Shown piece after piece: positions 37,500-49,775 of a DNA stretch of 64,000 bases (position 1 is the first letter of the stretch; the number at the start of each line of letters is the position of its first letter). A program made the translations under genes and the position numbers. Origin of the DNA: Microbotryum violaceum (Eukaryota). The notes beneath the pieces are model-generated. The model was not told the origin of the DNA, searched no databases, and saw only the letters and a program-made list of their open reading frames with translations. The DNA lies in assembly GCA_001244265.2 (NCBI GenBank), contig CDLV01000011.1, forward strand, positions 248,001 to 312,000, in the 5' to 3' direction.

Positions 37500-40415
37500 A
37501 TGTCAAACACATGGGACAATGTCTCGCAGGATGATGATCTGTCTTTCTCTATGAATGCGAGTTTGATCGAGATGCGACAAGGTGGGACCGAGACGCCTTC
37601 GGAGACGGGCTCCATGTCGTCGTCGTCGACGTCGTCCTCCACTAGCACCACGACCTTGGCCAGCAACGTTGCCAGCGTCCGAGCGTCTACGGCCGATCTC
37701 CTCGTGGAAGCGTCGATCAAGGACCCTCTGCGCTTGTCCATCAGTAGCATTGGTTCGTCTTCTTCGGTTGCGACTCCTTCGTCCTCCGCTTCAAGGCGGT
37801 CCCCACTGTCCGAGAGCATGGTACAGCTCGGCTTCGAGGGCGCCGCGCCTGACACTAGCACCACCAGCCTCACCGGCGATCGAGATCACGCCGACCGAGG
37901 CACCGAGTCATCCATCATCGAATCCTCGCAGTCACCCATCGAAGCTCGCTCGAGGGATCAAGACATTACCCCGTTGGTATCGATGAATGTGAATGATGAT
38001 GACCCATTCAACACGACACTGTCCCCTTCTGCGACGCGCGCCCCTGACGAACATTTGCCGGCCTCGGCAAGCTCGGCTCTCTCGACCCACCCCGACCACG
38101 TCCCGGACTCCATGAGGACGTCTTACCCCTTGGCGCAAGAGCTCTTGCATCGACACCATCGACCACAGGCGAGTGCCGCGATGAGCGACGGCGACGATAC
38201 AACGAGCATTGCAAGTACGAACGGCAGCCTCAATAGCGAGTTCGAGCACCTCGGCGGGGCGCACATGCTCGTCATGCCTTCGATGCGACTCTCGGGACCC
38301 CACAGCGCTACGACGTACGGTTCGAGCGAGTCGATCGTCTCGGCCTATCGCTCGAACGAGCATGATGAAGCGGGGAGGATCACCTCGCATGCTCTGTCCT
38401 CCCACGATCGCCACCAAGCGACGAAGCTGCTCATTCTCGGCAAATCGGTCGAACATCGCGCCGCGTTGGCGAGGCTGCTGGGGATGGCCTCTCTTCCGAC
38501 CGCACACAACACCGCCAGTCATACACCTCAACGAACGGATTCGCAAGTCGACTCGATGGTGAGCTCGTTTTGGTCCATCCGAACATCCGAGCACGGGCGC
38601 GCGCACACGAGATCGTCGACGCGTCAAAGCCATCCCTGGGCCTGCGATCTCGACACGCTCGAAGCTCTGCCCCACCGATCCCAGTTTTGCAAGTTTTCCC
38701 ACCCTTCGAGCGACGACAACATGCGTGAGCTCGTCGAGAACGTCGCGCGGTCGATTACGATCTCGTTGGAAGGTGTGGAGGCTTTGATCAATCCGACGCA
38801 GGTTCGGAGCGAGGAATTGGTCGAACTCGTGATGCGCATCGGGACGAGTCATTTCGAGGCGTGTTTGGTGTTGTTTTCTTCCCGTGAGTTATCGGAGACA
38901 TGTGCGATAGTAGACTTTATCTGGTGGCCCGGACCTGACGGCGAGCATTTCCTACAAATAGCCCCTAACTCGGCCGAGATCGCACTCGCGCGAATCGTCG
39001 CTCAAGTCATCCCGGTGTTCCCAATTCTGGTCCTCCCACCAGCACCCGTACCCACGAAACCCTTGAAGACGACCGCGCTCGTTGAAGCCGTCGTCGCACA
39101 ACTTGACTCGGCCGGAGTAAGATGGACCGCTGCGCTGGACCATCAAATCGGTGGCATTGTGCGTGGCCGAGCTACTGCCAAGCGTGGGCCATCGCCGCTC
39201 TACCTTTTGCCGCACGAGCTCTTCACGGAAAAGGCGTCCCAGGATCTGAACGCACCCGCTTCTGCGACCCATGGAACTGCACCACCTTCGCCGACCTTCA
39301 CAGCAACAAGTTCGAATGGATCAGCACCGGACGGATCTTCTTCGTCGGGCTCCCGCTCGTCTTCACCTGCGACTATGACGGCTGATTTGGCTAGGTTGAG
39401 GACGCTCGTCGGGACGGCGGGTATGCGCGATCGAATTCGCCGGGCCAATGCACTTGCTTTCCTCGATTGGAGGGAGATTGAAATCGCGGCCCTAGGGGAC
39501 ACCAAAGCCGTTTCCCCTGTATCTGACGATGATGTGGGCCAAGACGCTGGTTCCACTCTAGATACGCCAAGTAGTGAGACTGGGACCCCTCCGAGTCGTC
39601 AAGATGTCAAGGCTCGTCGAGATAGCCTCGAGTTCTCGCGTCGCGTCGCCGAACGAAGAATGCACCTCACGTCAACCGCTAAACGAGGAGTAACGGGAAC
39701 CAGACCGTCGCCGATCTGGGCAGATTTGGGGGTCAGCTCGGAGGTGCTCGCAGCGTGTGGAACAAGTTCGAACGAGGATGTCACGCCGTGTGACCCGATG
39801 TCGGGTTCGGTCTCGTCGCTCGGTTCGTCCAGTGAGGGAGCTGCACAAGCGCTGGCGAGCAGGAGCGCCCTCGAGCCCGATACGCCAAAGTGTATTTCGA
39901 GGTCTCTACCCGCTTTCACTTCGCCCACAGTGGGTACGCTGGATCCGGGTCACACTGCGTCACCACAAGCTGCGCCTTCTGGGCACCCTGCAAACCCCGC
40001 TCGAGCGAGGGCTAATACTGGCGCCTCGAGGACGAATGCATATGTTTCGGATCAACTTCCCTCGCCGTTCGATCCGTTCCACCTACCCGCCTTGCTGCAT
40101 CTCGTCGGACTCAACCTACGTCTCTCGTTGATACCATGGCCAATGCAAGCCGCTCAACTCTCGTCCGAAGACGTGGAGAAGCAAGGCTCGTCACCCGCTC
40201 GGCACCCTCACTCCCACGGTTTTCCCTCATCCGCCTCCCTAGGCGTTCGAAGTTGGATGAGCACGGCCGTCATCGTCGGCGCCGTATTCCTCGCCGGTTT
40301 CCTCTGCGGCATGGGCGTCTCGACCCCTCTCGCCAGCGCGAGGGTGCTCTCCCTTGGTATAACGGGTCCCATCGGTTCACCGCCGACGATTCGAGATGCC
40401 TGCCGTAGCTTCTAG
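37500..40415 (+). CDS. Ser-rich hypothetical protein with degenerate septin-like region and C-terminal TM helix
   Basis: ~1000-codon ORF with a probable in-frame intron (~38884-38960). KLLILGKS, ACLVLFSS, EIALARIVAQVIPVFPIL, DPFHLP motifs; hydrophobic AVIVGAVFLAGFLCGMGV. Confidence 0.7.
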   Translation: MSNTWDNVSQDDDLSFSMNASLIEMRQGGTETPSETGSMSSSSTSSSTSTTTLASNVASVRASTADLLVEASIKDPLRLSISSIGSSSSVATPSSSASRRSPLSESMVQLGFEGAAPDTSTTSLTGDRDHADRGTESSIIESSQSPIEARSRDQDITPLVSMNVNDDDPFNTTLSPSATRAPDEHLPASASSALSTHPDHVPDSMRTSYPLAQELLHRHHRPQASAAMSDGDDTTSIASTNGSLNSEFEHLGGAHMLVMPSMRLSGPHSATTYGSSESIVSAYRSNEHDEAGRITSHALSSHDRHQATKLLILGKSVEHRAALARLLGMASLPTAHNTASHTPQRTDSQVDSMVSSFWSIRTSEHGRAHTRSSTRQSHPWACDLDTLEALPHRSQFCKFSHPSSDDNMRELVENVARSITISLEGVEALINPTQVRSEELVELVMRIGTSHFEACLVLFSSRELSETCAIVDFIWWPGPDGEHFLQIAPNSAEIALARIVAQVIPVFPILVLPPAPVPTKPLKTTALVEAVVAQLDSAGVRWTAALDHQIGGIVRGRATAKRGPSPLYLLPHELFTEKASQDLNAPASATHGTAPPSPTFTATSSNGSAPDGSSSSGSRSSSPATMTADLARLRTLVGTAGMRDRIRRANALAFLDWREIEIAALGDTKAVSPVSDDDVGQDAGSTLDTPSSETGTPPSRQDVKARRDSLEFSRRVAERRMHLTSTAKRGVTGTRPSPIWADLGVSSEVLAACGTSSNEDVTPCDPMSGSVSSLGSSSEGAAQALASRSALEPDTPKCISRSLPAFTSPTVGTLDPGHTASPQAAPSGHPANPARARANTGASRTNAYVSDQLPSPFDPFHLPALLHLVGLNLRLSLIPWPMQAAQLSSEDVEKQGSSPARHPHSHGFPSSASLGVRSWMSTAVIVGAVFLAGFLCGMGVSTPLASARVLSLGITGPIGSPPTIRDACRSF

Positions 40416-41038
40416 CTCAGGAGTCGAGGGATTCGAAGTTGTCGCCTCGCCTGTGATTATCTTTGTATTGGTGATTGGTCTTTCTCCACGCTTGTTGGGT
40501 CCTGTCGGATTGTTTCTTGCTCTTTTCTTCTTGTTGCTTGCTACATAGTCTACTTCTTTGCACCATTTGAGATCCACGCAGTTCTCTTGTGTTTTTCGTT
40601 CGCCTCGAAAGACTCACCTTGGTACGGAGACCGATAGAGTTCGCAATCGACAAACATGATCTTCGTCTCATCGTCGCCCTTCGGCTGACAGAATAGCACT
40701 CCTCTCTCTTCGACAATTTTGTTCATATGTCCCTGTACAATTCCTGACCAGGTAGGTTTGCATCGCTGGTCTGTTGCTCGGCCTGTGCATGACGCCAGGC
40801 CACTGCAGCCGGTTCGCGCAAGCATGATCGATACTTCCAAGGCTTAATATGCCATCTATTACGAGTTCACAAAGTTTTGAATTTTGGTGCCCTATGATGC
40901 TTGAATTTACTAGTCCCACTCAAAAACCCCGTAGAGAAAGCGCGCCGAACCATTATCTAAGAAAGTTTAATCCTTATAACTTATCCTTAAAACTTATAAA
41001 ATATCCTTATCCTTAAAACTATCTTCTATCTATATAAA

Positions 41039-41159
41039 CTAGTGCGGTGGCGCGCTTCGCGCGCCATGACGTCACGCCACGTGGTTTGTCTCGTTCTAGA
41101 ATGTTCTTTGTCTCGACGGCCTATTTTATTATATATAGTTTTAAGGATAGTTTTAAGGA
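41039..41159 (-). mobile_element. 121-bp mini-Helitron nested in the larger Helitron
   Basis: Minus strand reads A|TCCTTAAAACTATCC...GGCGCGC-GAA-GCGCGCC-ACCGCA-CTAG|T. Its 5' region is homologous to that of the host element. Confidence 0.8.
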
Positions 41160-42491
41160 TGAATCTGTGTGGCTAAAGAACGTCAAAGAACGTCAGAGAA
41201 CGAAAGACAAAGCACGTGGTTTGACGTCATCGGCAGCTCTCGGTCCAGCGCGTCCCAGTTAGCTAGCGCTGTTTCAGCATCGGCGAGACCGCTTCGCCTA
41301 CCTTCATCGAGGTTCCAACGTTCCCCGAGGTTCCATTTCCCATCAAAGCAGCCTGGCACATGACTCTCTGCTTCCCAGACGACCGGTTTTGCGTGCTTGC
41401 CACATCGGAGCGTAGTCCCTTCAACCATCCAGTTCTGCCACTGCCGAGCAGTCATCTGCAAGCTTTCACGTCCCGTCTGCTGTACAACAATCTTCACGGA
41501 GCGCAGCGGTGCAGCAGAGACGTCGGCAGCTACTCGCGTTCCTCCTCCTCCGCACAATCCGACTCCTCCCGACTCCCGCTCTAATCGCACAGACGCCGCT
41601 GCCAGCAACCTCAAACAATCGTCGAAGCTCAGCGGCAACAACGCCTTCGCGAGAAGCAACAGCGCGAAACGGATCAACACGACGTCGCGCAAACTGGTTC
41701 GTCAATTCAACCTGCACCGGCAGCAGGCAGCCTCAGTGTCGCACGGCAAGTGCAACGGGCCCGCAGTTCTTTACCTCCAAGCCTGACATTCGTTCGTCCA
41801 CTTGAAGCGGTTCCAGACCTCGGGTAGCGTCGGCCAGTGCGCCAATTCCGCCGTTAGGGGCCCGCCAGCGTGTCACGGGGCTTCACTCCACGGCGTTCCG
41901 CGACATTCTATGATCCCGGTTTAAGCTGAGACGCAGGCTCCTCCATCTTTCTCCCTCCTGCTCTTTACACCCTACCCATCGCCACCTCCAGCTCGCGACA
42001 TCCGACTGAAGCGGTCGTCGAGGAAGCTCTGCAACGAATACGGCAGCAAGAAATGGCTGCCACATGCAGCATAGCTACGAATTCGAGTAAGTAACTTCAT
42101 GAACTGTGCTCTTGATGTGGGATTGATCAGAAGCTAATGGAAAACTACCAAGCAGCAATTCCCTTCAACACGTCCTCTTTGAATGTCAACCCTCGAGATG
42201 TTCCTTCACCGTCAGCTGGTGATACTGCGTGAGTCATCCCTTGACATGGCTGTGTAGTCTTAAATATGACAGACAAACTGATACGAAAAACAGACATTGG
42301 ACGTCAGTGAAACAGCGGAAGGATTGACTTCGTTCGGTTGAGAGTCCGGGTCTTTAGTTAGGACACGAAATGTGAGTCTTCACTGCCATAGCTACAGATG
42401 AACAACAGCAAGAATACTAATAGTTGTAACGAATCCCTCAAGAAAACAGGCTCTGGTCGCGTGAATTGCGGCTCACCATCCCGTGGCAGAT

Positions 42492-42774
42492 CCTCAATGT
42501 CTTGGTTCGGTGGGGTGACCATCGCGTTGGCAGGTGTGTGCCAATCTTTCAAAAGCAAAGCGCAGGGCAGCATGACTAACTGACCGGTTGGACCGTAACA
42601 TCACAGGGGATCCGAAGCAATGCCTTCCCGTCACCCTCAACGGCTCGGTTCGGTGGAGTGACCGTCGTGTTGGCAGGTGTGTGCCAATCTTCAAAAAGCA
42701 AAGCGCAGGGCAGCATGATTAACTGACCGGTTGGACTGTAACATCACAGGGGATTCGAAGCAATGCCTTCCCGT
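42492..42774 (+). repeat. 143-bp tandem duplication containing an intron-like segment
   Basis: Units start at 42492 and 42635; each contains CAG|GTGTGT...AACTGAC...CACAG. Confidence 0.88.
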
Positions 42775-45428
42775 TATTCCCAAGTCATCGCCTACACAAA
42801 TCGTCGACGCTTGCATCATGAATGTTGACTTCTGCGGGGATCTCTCTGTAAGTAGTAGTCCTTGCCTGACCTTTAGACCCTATACTAACAACGGCACGGT
42901 GCGAGCGCAGACAAACATGCCTCTTCTGGCCGCTGCAAACCGCATGGCCGAATCGGAACAGGCAAAGGCACAGGAGCTAGCGGGGCAGAGTCCCGACGGT
43001 GCGGGTAGGATTGATTGCTATACAATGGGGCGTTCGGGATCCAGGCGATTGGGGCGTTGGAGTCGGAGGCTGTACAGGTTGTGGAGGCAAAGGGGTCAGA
43101 TTTGCGCCATGCTGCACCAGACAACAGACAACAACTCGAACCCAGCGAGACCGCCAAACAGCACTCACGGGAAGGAGGGTTCAAAGCCTGTCCAGGAAGC
43201 GAGGGGGACCCAAGCGGGTTGTGAGCAAAAGGCGAATCTATTCATATGATGCGGAAGTCAGCAGCTCGTCCACTGGCAAATGAGCAAACGACGAAAGGCT
43301 TTGATGCCGGGCGGCGGACAAGCGCATGCGAGGTGTCGAAGCTCCGAATGGTTGGAGGGACGACGCGTCGAAAGCTTGATATGATTGAGCCATGTGTAAC
43401 GCGGAAGAACGATGAGTAGAAGAGTGATCTTGAACAGCGAACAGATACGAGCTGATGATCTGTCGCAAGGTTAATGGAGTGTGTTGTACAAGCCAAGTTG
43501 GGCTGAGAACAAGAGCAGTCAACAGGCAGGGCCCGCGCGACGCGTTCGCTGCCGCGTCGTGCAGCAGGACCCCAGAAAGCCCAGCCGGAGGCGCATTTTT
43601 TTTTGTTTTTTGACATTTTGAGGACCCAAAATCCTGAAAATCGTCGAGGCGCATTGCAAAAAATTGACATTTTGGGACGTAACACACGTTTTGTCCCCGA
43701 GGCGCCTTTGCAGATTTTGACATTTTTTCCCTTGGGTCGACGCAATTTTGGCCTACCCTGAGCAGCCTTCGGCATGACTTCGGGCCCGTTCGCCTTCGCT
43801 TGAAGACGCGCGTCGCGATGCTCGCGGCGCTTGTAAAGGTCACTAGTCATTTATTGTGATCTTTTTATTAGTGCAGTGGCTGTTAGGGATTAGATACCAA
43901 TAGTTCCCACTGTGATTGAAGCGGCGCCGGTTCCGTTCTGACGTTGAAGCATAGCACGTCAACATGATCCCATGCTTATTTCTCGACGAAGACCAGGACT
44001 GCTATTTGAACAGACGATGACTTCGATCGATTATCGCCGCTCACCATCATGACGATCGCCGAGCTCCTCGCCTTCGGTGTATCATGTCGCTCCCGCCGAC
44101 GCGTCTCTTCGCACCGAGTTGTCCAAAGACAAGCCCACCCAGTAATCGACCTACGGATACCTACCCTACCCGACGCTCCAGACCAGAGACGTGTTTCTCG
44201 CCACCGATGCTCTGATCAGGATATCGACCTTTGGCCGTCGCGTTGACAAGCAGTACGGAGCGCTACTAGTAGCACATCGCTCTCGTCATTTTGGATCGCT
44301 AGACGGAGTTGTAACCACTGCCACACCATTGGAGATCGGATCTCTGATTTGCTTTGACCTCAAGCGTGGCATGCAGCTGCGATCAAATTGCTTATGGAGA
44401 AGAACCGCTGTCCATAGAAGCTTCGCTTCATCAAAAAGCATGCTATTTAACTCACATTGATGGTACTCTGCCGTTCCGCATGATTGTTCCGCATGATTGT
44501 TCCGCATGATTGATGGTCGACAGGTCATCGAGTCATTAGGCCCGCCAACGATTACATATTGTCCCACAAGGATATTATTACCTCATGTTACCCCGACGAG
44601 CGCATAATCAGCACGTGCGCACGCGCCGAGCAAAGATTGCCGCCCTTCGGAGCGTGCCCGGGCCGTGAGATGATGCCGCCGGTAGAATCTCTACAAGCCG
44701 CACAGTTGCCACCGCGGATACAAAAAGCTCAAGTTCGGGAAAACGTAAGTCTGACAACGATATAGCGAGCCCACCAGTAAAGCAAGGAAGGCCCTCTTGA
44801 TGCCTGGAGCCACGCGCGACACCTGCCGAAGCGACCGCGCGCTGTTGTCGGGCTTACGGAGCTTGAATCGAGCAACACCGAGTACATACCGGCAGGCAGA
44901 CTTACGGTGGGTAAAGGGGCGAGTCCTTAATCCGCGACGGCTCGGTCTTGAGATGACAAATCATCGTCGGCTCGCCCATGAAGGGATCGCCGTTGGTTCA
45001 GTAGGTATTAGCTTGGCGCTCGAGGGATCCGCAGCCCGGCGCGCGCGCGCGGCAAAATGACAAAGAGTGTCTCAGACCGACTTTCCTCATTCACTCACTG
45101 AATCGTTCGGTCATGTTCGAAAAGGGAGAAGTAGAGGTTGCGCCGCTCGGGCCGTTTGTCTGCCCGGTTCTCGGGCTCGCAGGCTAGGAAATGTTCGATG
45201 CCTGCCCCCCACTGCGAAATGCCCAGCCCATTGTTGAGCCGAGTGTTCTGAGACATGGTGAGCATTGTCTGAGACCTCCGCCGGAGCTTCGTCCGGGCGC
45301 CCTCGATCCACATACAGCATTGTGTTGTGGCCCAGTCAACTTCGACGATCTTTCTTTCTCTTCTTCACTCCTTCCATTTTTTTCCGCTCCATCTCATTCA
45401 CTCCTTTCTCTTCTCTTGATCTTTCATC

Positions 45429-47636
45429 ATGCACGTCGGCGCTTCGTCCAACGCAGCCTGGCTCAGCCTGTTCGCGGCGACGATTTCATTCATCTCGGCC
45501 ATCGACGCTGCCCCGCTCACCAAGGGGAATACGGACATCACAAAAACCAACGGAGTCAAGGCCAAGGATGATGCGGCTTGCACTGCCGTCGGCCAGTTCC
45601 CTACGGCCATCGACGGTGCTTGCGTCTCTTGCTCATCGCAATTTCCAGGGGCTTCGGCTTGCACGGTCACCGCTGCTACCCGATGGTTAGTTGCTGAGAT
45701 GTATCGGGCACTTGGGGTTGCGGGATCGACCCGACTGAAAATCTCGATGTCTAAATCCTTAACCGTTCGTAGCTCAACTGGTTCCCTGTCTGCTGGTGCC
45801 TGTGAGTACATGCGCTTTAACCTCAGGTTCTGAGCCGGGTTTGGGCAATACTGATCGCCGTCGTCTTGCTCGCCCTCAGGTGTCACGGTTTGCACTATTA
45901 GTACCTTCAGCTTCAACGGTATTTGTACAGCATGCACAAGCAAATATCAAGGGGCTGCTGCATGCACAACGACCGGCGCTACCAAATGGTGAGCCCATCA
46001 CCCCTGGCACAGAGGTAGTTTGAATTCAAAATCTCATTCTCTTCCGTGTGCGGCTTCTCGTATCACAGCAACAGCGGGTTCCTCATCGGAGGTCAATGCG
46101 CGAGGGTTTGCCCCACCGGTTTTGTTAATGCGGCTAGCACGCGAACATGCATGCCTTGCACCAAATTCGACACCCTCGCGGCAACGTGCAGCGCCGGAAA
46201 GATCACCACTTGCGTTCCAGGAGCTTATGTGAGTTACCTCACGGTCCCTCATTACGGCTCATATGGCTTTGAAACTGACGTTCGTCCTGGGGTATAGTTG
46301 AACGCGGCAAAGAACGACTGCATTGCTTGCAACACCGTCAACAAGTTCGCCTCCGCGTGTTCGAGCTCTACCATCGTCACGGCATGCACGTGAGTTTTTC
46401 GTGCGCGTTCGATCAGGGGAATCACTTGCTGGCAGGGTCTGACCCGGCCTCCCATTTTCATCTTGCAGGGCGCCGTACACCGTTTCCGCCGACAAAAAGT
46501 CCTGTGTCCTTGGCACCGCGTGGTCGGTCTACCTCCTCTCGAGCATCCCCGATACGCCTTACCAAGCCAACACCCGCTCCCCGGGCTCCTGTGGAAACCG
46601 TGCCGTCGGCAAGGGAGCACAAGTCGCCGTCTTCGATTCCGACTCTTCGACGTGCTATGCGTCGACATCCAACACCTCGGTCTCGACCATGGCGAACCTT
46701 GTATGGGACATCGACAGTACCACGATCGTCTATGGCACTTGCAAGAAAAACAACGCGCTGAACCCGTTCGCGAAGGCGCGTTGCCGAGATGTGATCCTGA
46801 CGACTTCGTCGTGCAACTTGGTCTTTGATCGGTCCTTGTGCTCCACTCTCTTCACCCCCTGTGCTGGAGATCAGTTCCGCAACTACAGTCAGTTCACGTC
46901 TCGTGCTGCGCGAATCTAGTGTCTGCCTTGCTGGGACAGCGGTGCCAACCTATTCTTCTGCTTTCATCCACAGACGGAATCTGCCAAGACTGCGACGACG
47001 TCTACGACGACTCTCTGACCTGCGATATCTTCAACGGTGCAACATCCTGCGTCGCCGGCGACTACCTCACCAATGGCACTTGCAGCTCATGCTCGGACTT
47101 TGATCCCAACGCGGCCAGCTGCTCCACCGACGGTACCGTCGACGGTTGTAACGATGGTTGGGTCGTCTCCGGCAACTCTTGCGTCGTCGACGGTAGTGAT
47201 GTCGCTCAAGTCGGCCTCGATACCGCTTGGTCGTACTACCCCGATTCGAGCATCCACAACCTCGCTTCCCTCACCGTCCTCAACACCAATTCGCCGGACC
47301 AATACGACTGCGCCGAAAGCGTCTATGACTCCAACTTTACCATGGCTGTGTTTGATCCCACGTCTCATAGTTGCTACGCTGCTAATGCGACGACGGCTTT
47401 GACGAAGTCGATCACGGACGTTGATGGTGCGAGTGTGTTCGTTATTGAGGTGTGCGCAGCGAACCAAGCTCAGGGTAAGCTCCCTATGCTTCTTTGTGAA
47501 TTCACTGCTATACAAGACCTGGAAGCTGATTTCGAATTTGCTGGTTCTTTCAGTCCCTACTGAACAAGGCAGCACTTGCTACGACATCAAACTCGACAGC
47601 GCCTCGTGTCAGGTCAACGGAGGTTCGTGCAATTGA
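45429..47636 (+). CDS. Secreted cysteine-rich repeat protein (candidate effector or cell-surface protein)
   Basis: Signal peptide, many short exons encoding CxxC..A..C..C repeats, and two larger related modules (TAWS.Y..SSI..C..AVFD..S..CYA). Confidence 0.82.
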
Positions 47637-48866
47637 GCCCATCCCCTTCACCTCCATCATATAATCTCGATCCCCTCCATATTAAACTGCTCCATATAAA
47701 TGTCACTCTTATTAGAATTCCCCCATTTTTGTTGTAACTCTATGCAACACGTCTTGCTTTACCTAAGTCCTAGTCTGCGAAAACTCGAACCGTGCAAGGA
47801 TCCGTTTGGCTACCTTTGTACACTTTTTCGAAAGAAGTCAAAAACTCCACCCATTCCCTAGAAGAGCTCGATCTTCCAAACCCAAAGTTCCAAGATCGCA
47901 GAACTATTGTCCCTCTGGCTCCGACAGCGATCTTCTTCCATTGATAGAAAGGCTGAAACTCTGAACAGGATAGTGATTCCGACTTTTGCCTCGGAGAGTC
48001 TGAGACAAAGGGCTGCAGTAGTAAAGAGGGCCCTCAATACCAGACCCACGCGACAATTTATTACCAAAACCGGAGGCGCATCGCGCATTTGAGATGCGCA
48101 TCCGGTTTGGGGGGCGGGAGGGATCCTCATATTGCTCGGAACTCGAGAGAGCGAAGGCCGGGGGTTTGACGTCGGCGCGCCGCAGTAATGCTCTTTTCGG
48201 CTTTTGCTGCAAGAGTTTGACGCGGAGGCCAAAGCGCGCGCTACCTCAAGTCCCTGCTGTAAGCCCCCCCCCCCCTCTGCTGTAAGCTGTGCCCGCGCAC
48301 ATTCCCACTCCGCTATAAGCCGTGACTTCACGCCTGCCCGTTGAGCCTTGGTCCATAAGCCGGCCCCCGCGCAGGAGTTTCTACCCAAGCCTGCTCCTTC
48401 AGCCTTGTCAGTTCCGCACTGCTTGCCGCTGCTGTACTAGTTCATCGCTGTGTACCTCTGCTACCCTTCTGCCAAGGTTGGTGTCCGTCCTCGAACTCTT
48501 TCTGTCACTACCCCTCAGGCTGACAGGTTCCGAGTCTCGCACAGGACCTTCCCCAGCCGTGATCGGCATCAGTCTCTGCCGGACTGCTTGGACAACTGCC
48601 CTCTGTGTACGCTGCTTCTTCAACTCTCCTTGTTGGATGGTTGACTAACTTCTCATACCCTTGTATGCAGCCCACGCCCTGCGCCTGCCAAGCGTAGCCG
48701 TACCTCCTGCCATTGAGTACTACCGCGTCTTGCTCCTAGAGCTAAGGTACATCGCCTTCCTCTCCCGGGCTCTGCCCCAGTGTACTCCTACTCACAGCTG
48801 TCCTTGGTGGGCATGCTGACTTACTTGGCTACCTCGCTACGCAGTCAATCCTCATCACCCAACGTG

Positions 48867-49239
48867 CCAGCGTTCCGGGTTGATCATCTCTGTTCGTACG
48901 CGACGCACTTTCCAAGCAAAGGTATGCCAAGTCTTCCCAGTCATTTGCAGTAATCCTGGATACTGATAGGAAACGCGCTTTCCAAGCAAAGCCGTTCCAT
49001 TTTCTGAGCTCCTCCCACCCACCCCAAAAAGGGAAACCAACAAGGAAGTCATCATTTTGAAGTCATTTTTTTGTTGTCTTTGGGTGGGCGGGAGGAGCTC
49101 AGAGAATGGAACGGCTTTGCTTGGAAAGCGCGGTTCCTATCAGTATCTAGGATTACTGCAAATGACTGGGAAGACTTGGCATACCTTTGCTTGGAAAGTG
49201 CGTCGCGTACGAACAGAGAGAATCGACCCGGAACGCTGG
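48867..49239. mobile_element. Foldback/MITE-like element with ~158-bp inverted arms
   Basis: CCAGCGTTCCGGG...(to ~49024) is the near-perfect reverse complement of ~49082-49239, with a ~57-bp spacer. No TSD seen. Confidence 0.8.
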
Positions 49240-49775
49240 TCTCTTCTTGATTACATCTGTGGCTCGTCCTGGTAGTAGCACATCACCCCATGCCGTTTGT
49301 TACGGGATGCCGGGTTCAGCCAAAACCTGCAACTTGACTGGCTTCACCGGCTAACTTGGCTCCGCTCACGCGCTCTACGAAAGAGTCGAACCACGTTTTC
49401 GGTGTACGCGATATTCGTTGTAAGCTTCGTAGGTAGGTCTTGTCAAAAATGCCCCCGAAGCTGCCCTGGAAAATTGCAACCACATAAAGTTGGGTGGTCG
49501 GCAAGCCTTGATTCTATTCCAGCTCCAGAAAACTCCAAGATTACAATCCCACATTACAAGTTCGCAAAAATATCTCCAGCCGATTTTGCCAAACAAAAAC
49601 AACTTAAGAGCCAAGCTTGAAGAAAGTTCGCTCGATCCCTTCTGTCGATCGACTGGGCAGATCGGGGTCCCGGTCCCGGCGGGTAGCAGCGATCAAGCCG
49701 ATTGCTCCGATGATGAGCCGCCACCGTGGTGTCGAGAAAATCATTGAAAACTGTTTGGACTATGAATCAGCGTGC

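Larger units (their letters stand above)
40971..43846 (+). mobile_element. Non-autonomous Helitron (~2.9 kb)
   Basis: A|TCCTTA 5' end; GC hairpin GCGTCGCGA-TGC-TCGCGGCGC (43810-43830) 12 nt before CTAG|T; A-T target; subterminal GACATTTT/GAGGCGC repeats; no RepHel ORF seen. Confidence 0.72.

Noticed and set aside
40377-40840. Small spliced minus-strand gene
   Set aside because: One plausible intron but no clear start or recognisable motif, and it overlaps the stop of the neighbouring gene.
44475-44512. 13-bp tandem repeat CCGCATGATTGTT (~3 copies) as a regulatory array
   Set aside because: Consistent with simple slippage; no supporting context. The same applies to short duplications near 2200-2248 and 4077-4124.
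48258-48860. Gypsy LTR starting TGTAAG
   Set aside because: No matching CTTACA end, TSD, PBS or PPT found.
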